Shown here: piece by piece, positions 22,839-34,588 of the stretch
Layout of the letters: each line of letters starts with the position of its first letter
Numbering within the stretch: the stretch's first letter is position 1
Assembly: GCA_965655095.1 (NCBI GenBank)
Contig: OZ296648.1
Span: forward strand, 146,816,001 to 146,880,000
Direction of reading: 5' to 3'
Source of the DNA: Haplodiscus bocki
Taxonomy: Eukaryota
DNA length: 64,000 nucleotides
Position numbers and translations under genes: made by a program
The notes under the pieces: model-generated
Databases searched by the model: none
What the model was told of the DNA's origin: nothing
The model's input: only the letters and a program-made list of their open reading frames with translations

Positions 22839-24814
22839 TGATCCCAGGTTTCAGTGACTTCTCTACCCTTGATGTCCAGTCTGGGATCGAATACTTAATC
22901 TCGCTAAGACCGAAGCCGGAAATATAATTCTCATTCTATCAAAATGCACTTTGCGATTTCCAGAAAACAAAGACCTATTAATAAAGTAAAACTAAGAATT
23001 TTAAGTAAGACATATTTCAGATCTGATTTCCATTTAATTTGTGTTTTTTTCCCAGAAAATTTTGAGAGGTCATCCAGTTGATTTCAGCGTTAAGTAAGCC
23101 AATGTTTATGATTTCTTTTTGTTCCCAATTTTTTAATCATAGTCTTCGATTTTGCTCCAATTCGTATTTTTGAGTTTTTCCACTGCTTATTAAGTGCCAC
23201 AGTCCTTACACTGTTGCCAATTCTGAAAAATCAATCAAATCTGACGGTTCTCATGAGTTGAAAAAACAAAAAGTAGCTTTCATAATCTGGTTGGTTTCAC
23301 ACGACGTCTAAAAAAGCGGCCCGGTTCATCCAGCTTTTGAATAGCGACAGCGGTCAAACCGCTGGGATTTCTAAGTACAATTCAAAAGATGAGATGCTTT
23401 TCTAGTTCGATAAAAATAGCATTCGCCGACTAATACCAGATTCGACAGCATTGTTCGCTGTCATTGCTAATAATTTTTTCACCCGCTTCTGCACTTTCAT
23501 TTTTCTACCGCTTGATTAAGATTCATCCGTTCAATTCTACGGTCCAAATCAAGCACACATGAACAAGTTAATAAATTCATCTTTTATCAGACTAACATAA
23601 CTAAAAAAAATCAACTTCAAAAAAAACAATAACAGAGAAGACTTTCAAAGGCACAAGTCCTCCACTGGATCCTCGAAAAAAACTTATCAGTCATCAATTT
23701 CAGTGTCATATTGCCTATGAGTGGGAACAGAGCGAAATAATGAAACCATTTGATCCGATCAATGTATTCTTCGCGCGCTAGTCCAGCCTCCTCACTCCTA
23801 ACCTACCTACTTTATCGCCTCCACCAGTTGGCCACAGGGAATTCATCAGAAACCATTCTACTCAAATATGGGGAGTAAAAAATTGTACCTGCGTCAAACG
23901 ATGGTTAATAAGTTAAAATCCTCAGTAGGTAACGCACAGTGGAAGCTGGGTAAGGCCAGTCTTACCTTAACGATGAGTACGTGTGAGTTCTATGGGTCCA
24001 TAGCTTAGAGCCACTTCTGCCTTCTGTAAACAAAGTCGATTAAATCCTGGTTGCCCGGGAATTAATTCCCTAATTCATAACAGAAACGCTTGGCACCATT
24101 TGTAACTAAAGTCTGTGAGAGTTAAAAGTCAGATGACGCTTGAGCTAACATTACTAACGAGTTCAAGTACTCGTTTAGATACGGAAAGCTCCATTTTTGT
24201 GACTTGTTGGAACAATTGGTTTTTCCGCACTTCGAAGGTTGTAGCTCTCGTCAATTCAAATGGTTTCAGAAAACCTACAAGTCACCTTTTTAGTCACCAC
24301 TAACTGCAAAACAGTTATCAACTGACTGTTATGATAGCATTTCAAAAGTTTTTGAGAAAATACATGAATCATTTAAATTAGCAGCGGACTAATATTTTTT
24401 TAACCACGGATAGTTTGGGGCACGTCTATCATTATGACAATGGAGCATATTTGGTGGCAGATATTCGCGAATCCCAGATCCATTAAACGGATGTTACAAG
24501 TTTTTAATTCCAACATTACGTACTTAAATTCAATTCAATTCATCAGCGGAAAACAACATCTGCAATATAATTTATTATCTCCAAATTGAAATATTCAAAT
24601 TCAACTAACTTCCATAAAAATTTGTTACAAAGCAGTGAAAAAGTTTACAAAAACTTTACTAAAATCATTTATATGTAAAACGGTAGTTATCAATTGAATT
24701 CAAATTTGATTAAATAGGTACAAAAATAATCTTTTGAATGTCATTTTCACATTCGATCAGTGCAAGATCTCCTTTAAATAGTCAAATGATATGCACAGAT
24801 AGAATATAGGCCTT

Positions 24815-25720
24815 TCAATCCTTGAAACCCATCAGACTTTTCAAGGCATCGAAAGTCAGCAGCGTAACTCCGAACTGAGGCCCTGACCTGAATGCCCGCA
24901 AGACGGCACCCTTCCAAAAAGCCTGAAACCCTTCTTCTCTCATCAGTTTGATGGTGCAATCAATGACACCTTTGTACGCAGTTTTTCCTTCCACTTCCTT
25001 AACTTGCAGCCTCGTTTTAATGACGTCCGCAGGTGTGCAAGACACAGCCGCAAGAACTCCTCCCATCACACCTGCGCAGAACAGCGAAAAAAGCGAGTTT
25101 TTGCCATTTTCATTCTGCAGAGCTGTCTTTGAGTGTGCATAAACTGGGAAAAATATGGCAGAGAAAGGAATGTCGCGCAAAAGACAAGCCCGCGCTCCTT
25201 TGTATAGATTAACAAAGCCTAAGTCTTTGATCACTGAAAACACTGATAATCTCTGCCCACGCATTTCTCCCGCTTTCTGGAGTCGGATTTTCACAATCTC
25301 CAAGGGGTTCGTGAACAAAACTTGTGAAGCACCGGCACAACCCCCTGCGATGAGTTCTCCCCAGATTGAACAATACCCGTAATGTCTTCTGAAAGTGTCT
25401 CGTACCATATCATTAATTGTCAACTTGATAGCTCTCTCGGGGGCAACGTCAAAAATATGTGGTAGCAAACCTCGATAGAGGCCCAAAGCTCCCTCATTGC
25501 GAATGACGTACAAGAAAGTTAGTCTGAATTTGTGAGAAATTCGTTGTTCAAACCTCAGGCCTCGTACGTCCCCGAAACGATCTTTGCACAAACCGATAGG
25601 ATAGAAAGCGGTTGCGCCACAAGCACCCGCTACAGAACCCAAACTGAACAGAATCATACCTTGCTGGGCAATCGCAGATCCCTTTTCTTTAACAGGAGAG
25701 TGAATATTTGTAGTAGTCAT
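24815..25720 (-). CDS. Mitochondrial carrier (SLC25), aspartate/glutamate carrier (aralar/citrin)-like carrier domain only, intronless, 301 aa
   Basis: Three carrier repeats with [10 protein letters not shown] and [10 protein letters not shown]; aralar/citrin-like strings [20 protein letters not shown]....[26 protein letters not shown] and [12 protein letters not shown]. Confidence 0.9.
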   Translation of the reverse strand: MTTTNIHSPVKEKGSAIAQQGMILFSLGSVAGACGATAFYPIGLCKDRFGDVRGLRFEQRISHKFRLTFLYVIRNEGALGLYRGLLPHIFDVAPERAIKLTINDMVRDTFRRHYGYCSIWGELIAGGCAGASQVLFTNPLEIVKIRLQKAGEMRGQRLSVFSVIKDLGFVNLYKGARACLLRDIPFSAIFFPVYAHSKTALQNENGKNSLFSLFCAGVMGGVLAAVSCTPADVIKTRLQVKEVEGKTAYKGVIDCTIKLMREEGFQAFWKGAVLRAFRSGPQFGVTLLTFDALKSLMGFKD

Positions 25721-27289
25721 TTTCGGTTTTTAAAACCGGTTTCAAGACGCAACAAAAATAAATTTAAAGAAAGCTTCCCTTCTAAGGATTCCGAAGTGTT
25801 TGGTACGAGCAATCCAATGGGATGTATCCGAATATATGAGAACTGGTATCAAAATTAATGTTGACAGAACCGATTTTCTCACGAAAGTGGGGATTCTGTT
25901 TTTACGATGAGATTTTGTTCACTGCTCATTGAAGCTTCTAATAATTTTTACTCCGTCTTAAGTTGAATAAATTCAGTGCACATCATACGTTAAGCATTCC
26001 ACTCAAGTCGGTTGCATTAAAAACGTAATGAAAACATACGGTCGATGGTGTACGCATAAAACACGGTCTGTTTGTGAAATATACGCTTGCAAATTCGGTT
26101 CTCGACTGTAGACATTTCTATGTTCGTAAGAATAAAATATGATGACAGAAAAAGATGTACATAAAACTTGCATTTGTTTCAGTTGAATGTTGCAATAACG
26201 GTACCAGCAGCTCAAGAGCCTCGTTAAAGAAGCGAAACTTAGGCTCCAAAATATTTTACCGATTGTCAAGTTTGTTCACGCGGTCTGTAAATTACAGAAA
26301 TTTGATCAAACTCTATTTCAAGCCAAATATAATTGAACAAAAGTAATTGCTCTTGAACATTCTATATGAAGCTGAACTCAAAAGAGATGGTCAAAATGAT
26401 TAAATTTTTAGAGACTGCTAATAACAGCCGCTGATTTCTCATAAAAACCAAACATCAAATCGAATTGGACAATTTTCCAGACGAAAGCATGTAAACATGC
26501 TATGGTCACATCTTGCTTCGAGCGAACACTTGATTACATACTCCAAATTATCTCTTCAAAAGCATCAGTTACTACATATACAATAGGGAAGTGTACCCCG
26601 AAGCACTCGGCTTCATTGAAACATTCTATATGTGGAAAGATGTACTAAAACCTAATACAGCGCTAATCGGAAGCACTTCCAAAACCTGAATATAAATCAA
26701 CCGCATTGGAAAACGGTAGTTTGACGCTACAGTATCAGTATTCTTGCTTTGCACCTATAGTTGAAAGGATGTATGTTTGAAGGTTTTGTAAATCCTTCTT
26801 CGGAAACCAAGTCCCACTTCTATACGTTTTTTCCGTCCCCATTTTCTGCAGCAGCAAAATCGAATGAACCGACAGCTAAGAAATCGGACACAAGACTAAT
26901 GACTTCCTCCTTCATCTTGACTTTTCTGCCAAAATAAATTGCTTCACAGAAAACCAAAGTCCTCAAAAGTACACAAACCACAGCTACAACTTGAATCATC
27001 CATTAGTTCCATTGGAGAGAAGGATGGCTGTGTTAATTTTTTCATCAGAAAAAATGTATTTCTGCTTTTGCCACCATAATATTGTTTCCGAAGCAAATAC
27101 AATGTCCTCCAAGGACAAGATAATGCCCACGGGTAAGGAAGCAATAGCTGGTATTGCAATAAATGGCTTCCAATAAGTGATTGACTGTTATGTCTCTTAT
27201 TCAATTGATTATTGGCTAGTCTCTAATAATTGCCATTATTTGAGGCTGAATATTTTGAGCTTTTTCAACTGTAAATGAGACGGGAAGGT

Positions 27290-27996
27290 GAAAATGAAAC
27301 TAACTGAACAAACTTTTTCATCAAGCAAATACAAAAAGATGGTGAAAAAGGTAACTAACTTTGGAAAAGTCAATGCAGATCAGTTCATAAAAGAATGGTA
27401 AGCATTGGATGGTCCAATTAGTACAGCACAATCAAGCACAATACAATTTTACAAGTATTGGAAGAAGAACCTGAGTTTGCACAAGCGATAATTTTAGAGC
27501 CCCTTCTCCGAATAGTTAATAAAAAAAACGCACAACCTATACTGTTGGCTCGATAAGGTGTGCAACGATTAGAAACCGTTCAACTTTGTTCAAAACAACA
27601 ATAACACGATATAGGTGGAGGATAATACGTGATACGTTTCCAGATAAATTTGCGATTATGACTGATGGATGGTGTTGCAAGTCAACGCATTTTGTTGGTG
27701 TTTTAGAAATTGCATCTCGAGAAAAAGGTACCGAAACACTCCGTCTTTCGTTTTCATCACCTGTAGACGAAATAACTTCGGCCGCTGACGAAAACATCAA
27801 ATTGCTTCAGGAGGCATTGGAACTTTATGGCAAGGACTGATCAAACGTTCTAGCCTTCAAGCAGACAACTGCGAAATGAGCAAATCGATTGTTAAAAAGG
27901 TCAATAAACTAACGATCGGATGTTTCTCTCATCACTTCGCTCTAAGTATCAATAAGTATATACAAGTGCATATGCCTATGTTGAATAAAATACAAA
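27290..27996 (+). pseudogene. hAT-superfamily transposase relic, truncated by gap
   Basis: FAIMTDGW (first catalytic D), frameshifted ADNC (second D) and IGCFSHHFALSI (CxxH motif). Confidence 0.72.
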
Positions 27997-28196
27997 NNNN
28001 NNNNNNNNNNNNNNNNNNNNNNNNNNNNNNNNNNNNNNNNNNNNNNNNNNNNNNNNNNNNNNNNNNNNNNNNNNNNNNNNNNNNNNNNNNNNNNNNNNNN
28101 NNNNNNNNNNNNNNNNNNNNNNNNNNNNNNNNNNNNNNNNNNNNNNNNNNNNNNNNNNNNNNNNNNNNNNNNNNNNNNNNNNNNNNNNNNNNNNNN
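27997..28196. other. Assembly gap (200 N)
   Basis: Run of N; the round number suggests a scaffolding placeholder. Confidence 0.99.
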
Positions 28197-31100
28197 AAGG
28201 TTTTGGGCTCCCGAAAGTTAGGATGATTTCACATTAAACGAGGGGCGCTACGGCCGATAAATTCGAACCAACGTCGTCGGGATCCAGATAACCCAACAAC
28301 GTCTTGCTGCAGCATACGAAGTTGCTGCACATAACTGCAATTAATTCGGATTAGTTTCGGACAGCTGCTTCAGATTTAATGAACGTTTTGACTAGTTAAG
28401 AACTCAATAAATTCTGTGTCCGAAACCGTTTTGTGCAAAACTTGTATCCAAGAAACTGTCTTCTAATGATTTTAGGATGTCTTCGCAAAGTTGAATTTTT
28501 CCAATGGCTTATTGGTTTATGAATCGGCAGCAAAAACCAGTTCGGAGGAATCGGAAAAATTCAAGGGCGTGTACTGCGAGCAATATTCCTCAAAAAACTG
28601 TTCAAATCATTGACCAGTATGCTATAAGAGAACAGAACATTCGTTCTTTTTGAGTTCTTAATGGCTGACTTTGTTGAAGAACTTCTCAGGAAACTCCAAG
28701 AAGAAGCTATGAGCACCGGTGGAAAACTTCGAAAAATCACCTATTTTCGCGCACGTTGGAGTCATAAGGGTTTTTTGCTCAGCAAAGCAGTTGCGAAGAG
28801 AATATTTCGCGAAACACTTCGCGTAATTATATCAACTGGTGAAAAAGGGTGGATTTAATACCAAATAACTTTAAAAAATGAGTACGGGACAAGTTTCAAC
28901 TTGTACAATTCATCTCAGTCATTTATTAACCACATGGTTTCGATGTTTTTGTAGTTTTAATTTAAAAAATTCGATTTTAATAATCGATTTTCAAATGTCA
29001 TTTCTGATTCTTAAATGTGAAGGCAAGAAGAGCATTTATGCTGAATCTTTGTACTTTTTGGATATATAAAAAAGTGATAAACCTATGTTCATTGTTGGTT
29101 TCACACTAATCGAAGAAGTTAGCTTTTCTTGCTTTTTAGCCTTCCAGAAGACATTCTGGTTCTAATCACCATCCATTTTGTCAGCCGTTACACAAAATTT
29201 TACATTACAACCTGTGCTGAATCAGGCTTGAATGTTTTTTCTCATCTGTTTTTGCTCTGACTAAATCAGCATCCCGCTTTGAGATTTCAACATAGAAACA
29301 AGTGCGTACATTTCAAGTCGGCACTTTCACTAGGGCTGAAACAAAAAAAAGCATTGGAGAAAAAATTTGACCAACTCATTTAGTGGAATCATTTTTGTTT
29401 AAATGGTTCAAATAGTTCTGTAGTACAGGCTGACTGAAAAAAAATGTCAACTACGCCATCCAAACTACTTGTTAATTCCCAAGTTTTTCTTATCCACGTC
29501 TTCCCTGTTTCCGCTTTGCATACGTTTGCATGCCTATTGGACAGTTGAAGCTAATCATCCATGTTGACATCGGCCCATTTTTCCCAAATCTCGAATCACG
29601 GTCTGCAGTGTAAAGCTTGATGTCTATATGCTTGAAAGATATAAGTGTGATTCCTTCTTCATCATTCAAGATAAACAACAGACGTTAGGAGAAGAAAACT
29701 GGTTGGCTTTTGTCGGAAATTTAGTCGCCGCTTTTCATAACGACAAAACTTTGTCAATAATTTTTTGAGATTGATTTCTTATGGATGAATAGCAAGTAAG
29801 AATCTCCATGTAGACCTACCTTGGAGGCTCTTTCCGAGCCCTGGATGAAGTCACGGGCCTCCTTGTTTCGCTTTGGAGGGGCGTGTGGGTTCATTTTTAA
29901 ATCACAAAGTTGCTTTAATTGCTTTGTTAAAGGATCAGATATATGGCTTCCATCTGCTAAGCTAACTTGTCTGACGTAACGTTCACACCTCCATCAGTGG
30001 GAGGGCTCATTTTGCGTTGGAATAGATTGTTTTGGCGTTGACTTTCTGATTTAGGTATAGCGAGTTTTTTTACTCGGGTTTAAGAACCGAACAGGATCAA
30101 TACTGGTGAGAGATCACTGGGGTCAAAAAACTCTGTCTCGTAAGTTCCACCAGACAGTTTGTGTATCCTTCGTTTGATATTTCTTTGTTGTTTACTGGGA
30201 TTTCGTTTTCCTTTGATCTGTCTAGTTGTCTTTTTCGTGCTGTATGTTCCTTCAACTCACATGTCTTCATTTCCACGATTGTCTTGTTTTATTTCGCAGT
30301 GATGGCATACGTCCTTTGTCTGGTTTGAGTGTATTTGGAGTGTAACGTCTTGTCTCCAGTTGTGTGCGAGGAGGGATTAGCCAGTACGCTCTTGTTATGG
30401 GCTTTGCTGCTTCCCATGTTTCTCCTTTGTCTTTATTGGCCTGTGTGCCAACTCTATTTTCTGGTCCCGTCAGTCAAGTTCCGGTGGCCGCTTTGTCCGT
30501 TGCGGATGTCCCCGTCTTCAGTCTGTCTTTTTTTCGGAGGAACTGCATTTGGGTCGCCTGTCAGCACTGAGCCAGCTTTTGTTCCTGTGCAATCGCAAAT
30601 CGTGTAATATTGTTTTTATCTCCATCGTGTTAATGCATGACATTCCTGATTTTCAAACCATCAACTTTCCTCTCCATCAAATGTTTTTGTTAACTATTCC
30701 AATACAATTGAATGGTAAAAACATGTGACCCAATCAAGATTGGTTAGTACTGATAGCTGTTTACTCCAAATGTCTTTTTTTTCAAATTTATTTCCTGGTT
30801 TTTGAATTTGTCACTTCGGAAAATAGTGTATCAAACGAGATGGTTATTCGCTTGCTTTAAGAAGTTGTGTTTTTGTTCAACGTCTGCTAAGTTCCAAGTT
30901 AATCAAACAAGAAAGTAAGTAGGTTCTGGATAGGCCTTGATCGAAAATTACATTTACTCCAAGAGAACGGAAACAAAATCAATAAACAACCATTTATGCC
31001 ATTCTCGTGGTGTGAAACTGTGTATTCACTCATTTATTGTTTGAAGCTCTGAGTGGAATGACGATGACTATGTGCGATCAAGTTGCTTCAGTGGATGTTT

Positions 31101-31649
31101 TTTTTTATTTTTTTTATATCTCATCACATTTAGTAATGTGTCCCGAAAAGTTTTCTTCGTTTGCCTGTACCTTTGAGGCCAATTACCGCGGATCTTTTAT
31201 ATCAGAAAAACTCTACAACATACTGAGGATTTTCTCCTCGAGTTATCGGCGAAAAACGTTGAAAAGTTGAGAAAGTTCCGAAGTTGAGTAACCTAATGCA
31301 ACTTTGAGGCGGGAATTTAGTTCATGCCCCTGCCGTTTTGCCATGAACGACGGCATCATATTTCTTTTCGCCGAAGAACTTATTCTAACTTTTTCACCTT
31401 GGAGATATTAGCAAACCATAGTGAAAGTACGTGGATTTCTTACAATATTACGTAACTTAGTGGAGCACATTTGCAGGCGATTGCGTGCTGCCACTCGAAT
31501 TACGCCAGAAGAGCATGCTTTTCGGAAGCACAGTGAATTTTGAGATCTCGAAAAGCTTTGGCTGGCCAAAAATGTTTCAAAAATCCAAGGAAAAGTTGCA
31601 ATTCATGTCATTCTTTTGAATGAAGTCAATAACCAGGCTAAGAATTCAG

Positions 31650-31759
31650 CCCAGCTGTCATGATTTTCCCATCTTGCTGATTTTTCTCGACAATTTCAAA
31701 TGTTTCCTCAAAATTACTACAACAACTTCTGGTGGTAACATATCGAATATTGTTGTCAT
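31650..31759 (-). pseudogene. Possible F-box N-terminus relic
   Basis: MTTIFDMLPPEVVVVILRKHL resembles the F-box consensus (L..LP.E....I...L); stops follow soon after. Confidence 0.3.
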
Positions 31760-34588
31760 GGCTACTTTCTTAACAATGGGATGAACATTAGTAATTTTGT
31801 TTCCGAAAGAGCATCAAAAAAAATTTTAGGTCAAAGAAAACCATGCAAAGTATCTAGAGTTCTAATCCTCGATCGTTTGTTTCACAGACGTGTGCAAATT
31901 CTACAGTAGTGATTTTAATTTACGCTTTGCAAAATCCAAAGTGGAGAAGTAAATAACAGGATATCAAAGTAAACAAAGGTACTGTGAGAAAGCTCATTGA
32001 AAGAGCTACCACATGCTTATTTTATTTGCCAAAAGAAGTACTTCAAAAGGGTAGAAAATTGCGTCCCAACGTTGAGTAAATAAACTATGCAAGTATTGCG
32101 AAATTTTGACTAATTTTGGCATTTTTCGTAAAAAAAATCTTGACAATGACGCAAAATAGCAAGAAACAAATTACATAAATTGTTAGCTTTGGTTATTCCG
32201 TAGAGCTTTTATATTTAACACTTTTTTCACAACTTTGAATTTTCAGAAGAAAATGCAAAAAGTAAAAGTATAATTTTAACATCCTATCTTAATACATTGA
32301 TTTTCAAATTTAGCAGATTCAAGATGAATTTTGGAATAGTTTTTGAAAACTTTTCCGCCGACAGATGGTATAAGCTGTCGCAGAAACATCAGGGGCATCT
32401 ATTGATGAAGTAAAATTCCAATTATTGGTTTTTTTAACGTTACGAAATTCTCAAAAGAATGGAAAAATTGACCAAAAACGCATTTTCTAGTTTTTCCTCT
32501 ATTCGTTGGAAATTTTTCAAACAAACACCATTATAATCTCCTGAAAATTCTAAGAATATTTTGTTCCTCGTACTTCTGTCCAAAACGATTATTTCTGAAG
32601 TTATTCGTGCTTAAATTTGATTTATGCATTAAAGTTGTCGCATTAATTAAAATCACCACTGTAATGTTGATTCACGTCTGTTTTTTATGAAGTCATGTGC
32701 CAAAAATTACAACTATTGAGCGAAAGATTCACGCTCCAAGAGACGCTGAAAACCAAAAATGACAACAAAATATTGTTAATTCGCGATTTCAATATTTAAG
32801 ACTTTCCATTGACAGACTATGATAATGTATGCAATCGCGGCTTAAGAGCCAATGCTTACCAAATTTTCTTCCCCTTAATCAAAAACATTCTGGTAATGCA
32901 CGCTTACTTGTGCATAGTATTCATGACTTTATAAAGGGAGGGCCTTTGAGAGCAACTTTAACGCCGGACAAAGTGTGTCACAGTAAAATGAAATTCATAC
33001 ATTAACTGAACAAGTGTATGTGATCGCCCTTCTTGTCCGGAAGACGGATACATCGCATATAGTAAATTAAGTAAACCCATTACGTTTTCATCAACTTGTA
33101 CGAGAAAAAGTTTCGGTCCTTTGAGAATTTTTACAGAATCCCATCAAGTTTGACTCTGATTGAGCATTATCAAGTGCCTTGGCTGGAGTTCCAAACATTC
33201 GGTAAATTCCGAAAAAATCAAAACTTTTCAATCAAGGCCTCTTGCGGGAAGTTTTTAATTAGAGAAGAGCATTCGATAGGAACATTGGAAGGGATTCTTG
33301 CTTGGAGTTACGATCTGCCAAAAGTTCAAAAAAGAGCAAATACTTATGAACTTTCTTGATGAACAAGCTCAATTTCCGAAAAAAATGCCGTATTTCAGTT
33401 GGCAAAAAACCTAGCATCAGAACCTTGACAAGTTGAAGAAGCCAAAACATTAGGTTCGTAAAACTTTCTTCTGCTATTGGAGCCCGAATTTCTCCGAAAC
33501 AACCACCTGATTCCTTTTACCTAGACCTCGAGCAAAAAATTCACTTTTGGATGACAATATTTCAATTATATTATCCATTTCACTCCATGCACTTGGAACT
33601 GGTAAAGAGATACGCCCAATATGGTAAAAAACACAAATAGCATTGATTTTTTTTCGATAATCAAGATCACTTTTAGCAAAAAACTAAAGACCGGTTGCCT
33701 TCAATCAAGTTTCAAACTTTCAAGTGTGCTGCAACGAACATACAATCCACTGAGTTTCCAGAATAATAATTTTAGAAGTCAAAAAGGACAGAAACTTTTC
33801 TTGGATTATAATCTTTCGAAAGTGTATTGCATACTTCTCCCAAACTACCGGCTTGATTTGGTCCAACAAGTTCTTAATCGACTTTTTTACTTGTAAATAT
33901 GTTTCAACATCAACACCATCGTTTCTAACTTTTTAAATAGAACTGTGATAGCCCGAAAAAACCATTACAGGCTATGAGTAAGAACTTTTTCGATATTCTG
34001 GCGAAAATTTTATGATTATCAAGTACACTATTCTTCAACAGAACCGGTTTGAGACTCCATGGTCAACTTCCAAAAGGACGGTGGAAGCAAAATCGAAGAT
34101 GATAAAAATGATTTTGCTCACTCGCATCCGAAATATGATGGCATGAAAACACCCAAAAGACCGATCAGTGAAGATAATTGTCTTTTTCAAAACCCACGTT
34201 CCTTCGAGCTCTCGGTATGCGAACCCATTTTTCTGCCTGCCAAAATACCGGGCTGATTTTCTCCATCAAATTTTTAATCGACAACTCCCTATTTTTAAAT
34301 ATTCCAACCACCTTTCGCTAAAGCTACTCATGGTCTTTCGTGAATCAAATTTGCAGTCGTCATCTCTTTGTCAGTAAAATGTTCTCCAAAAGCCAATAAA
34401 CGGCTCAGTTCCCGTTATCTCAGCTTTGACTGGTCGGCAAAACCAAAAGGGTATGTTCCAAAACTTTTTTGAAAAAGTACATATGCTTCTCCCAACCTAC
34501 TGGCTCGGTATAAAATATGAAGATCTCAACTGCCAGTTTTTTTAAATTTATAGGCAAAAAAAAAACAAAATTCTTCAACCCCTTGCAA

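Noticed and set aside
23880-24280. Apparent minus-strand exon with AG/GTAAG boundaries
   Set aside because: All three frames contain stops and no recognisable protein.
27876-28226. 116-aa ORF spanning the gap
   Set aside because: Artefact of translating Ns; the two sides need not be contiguous.
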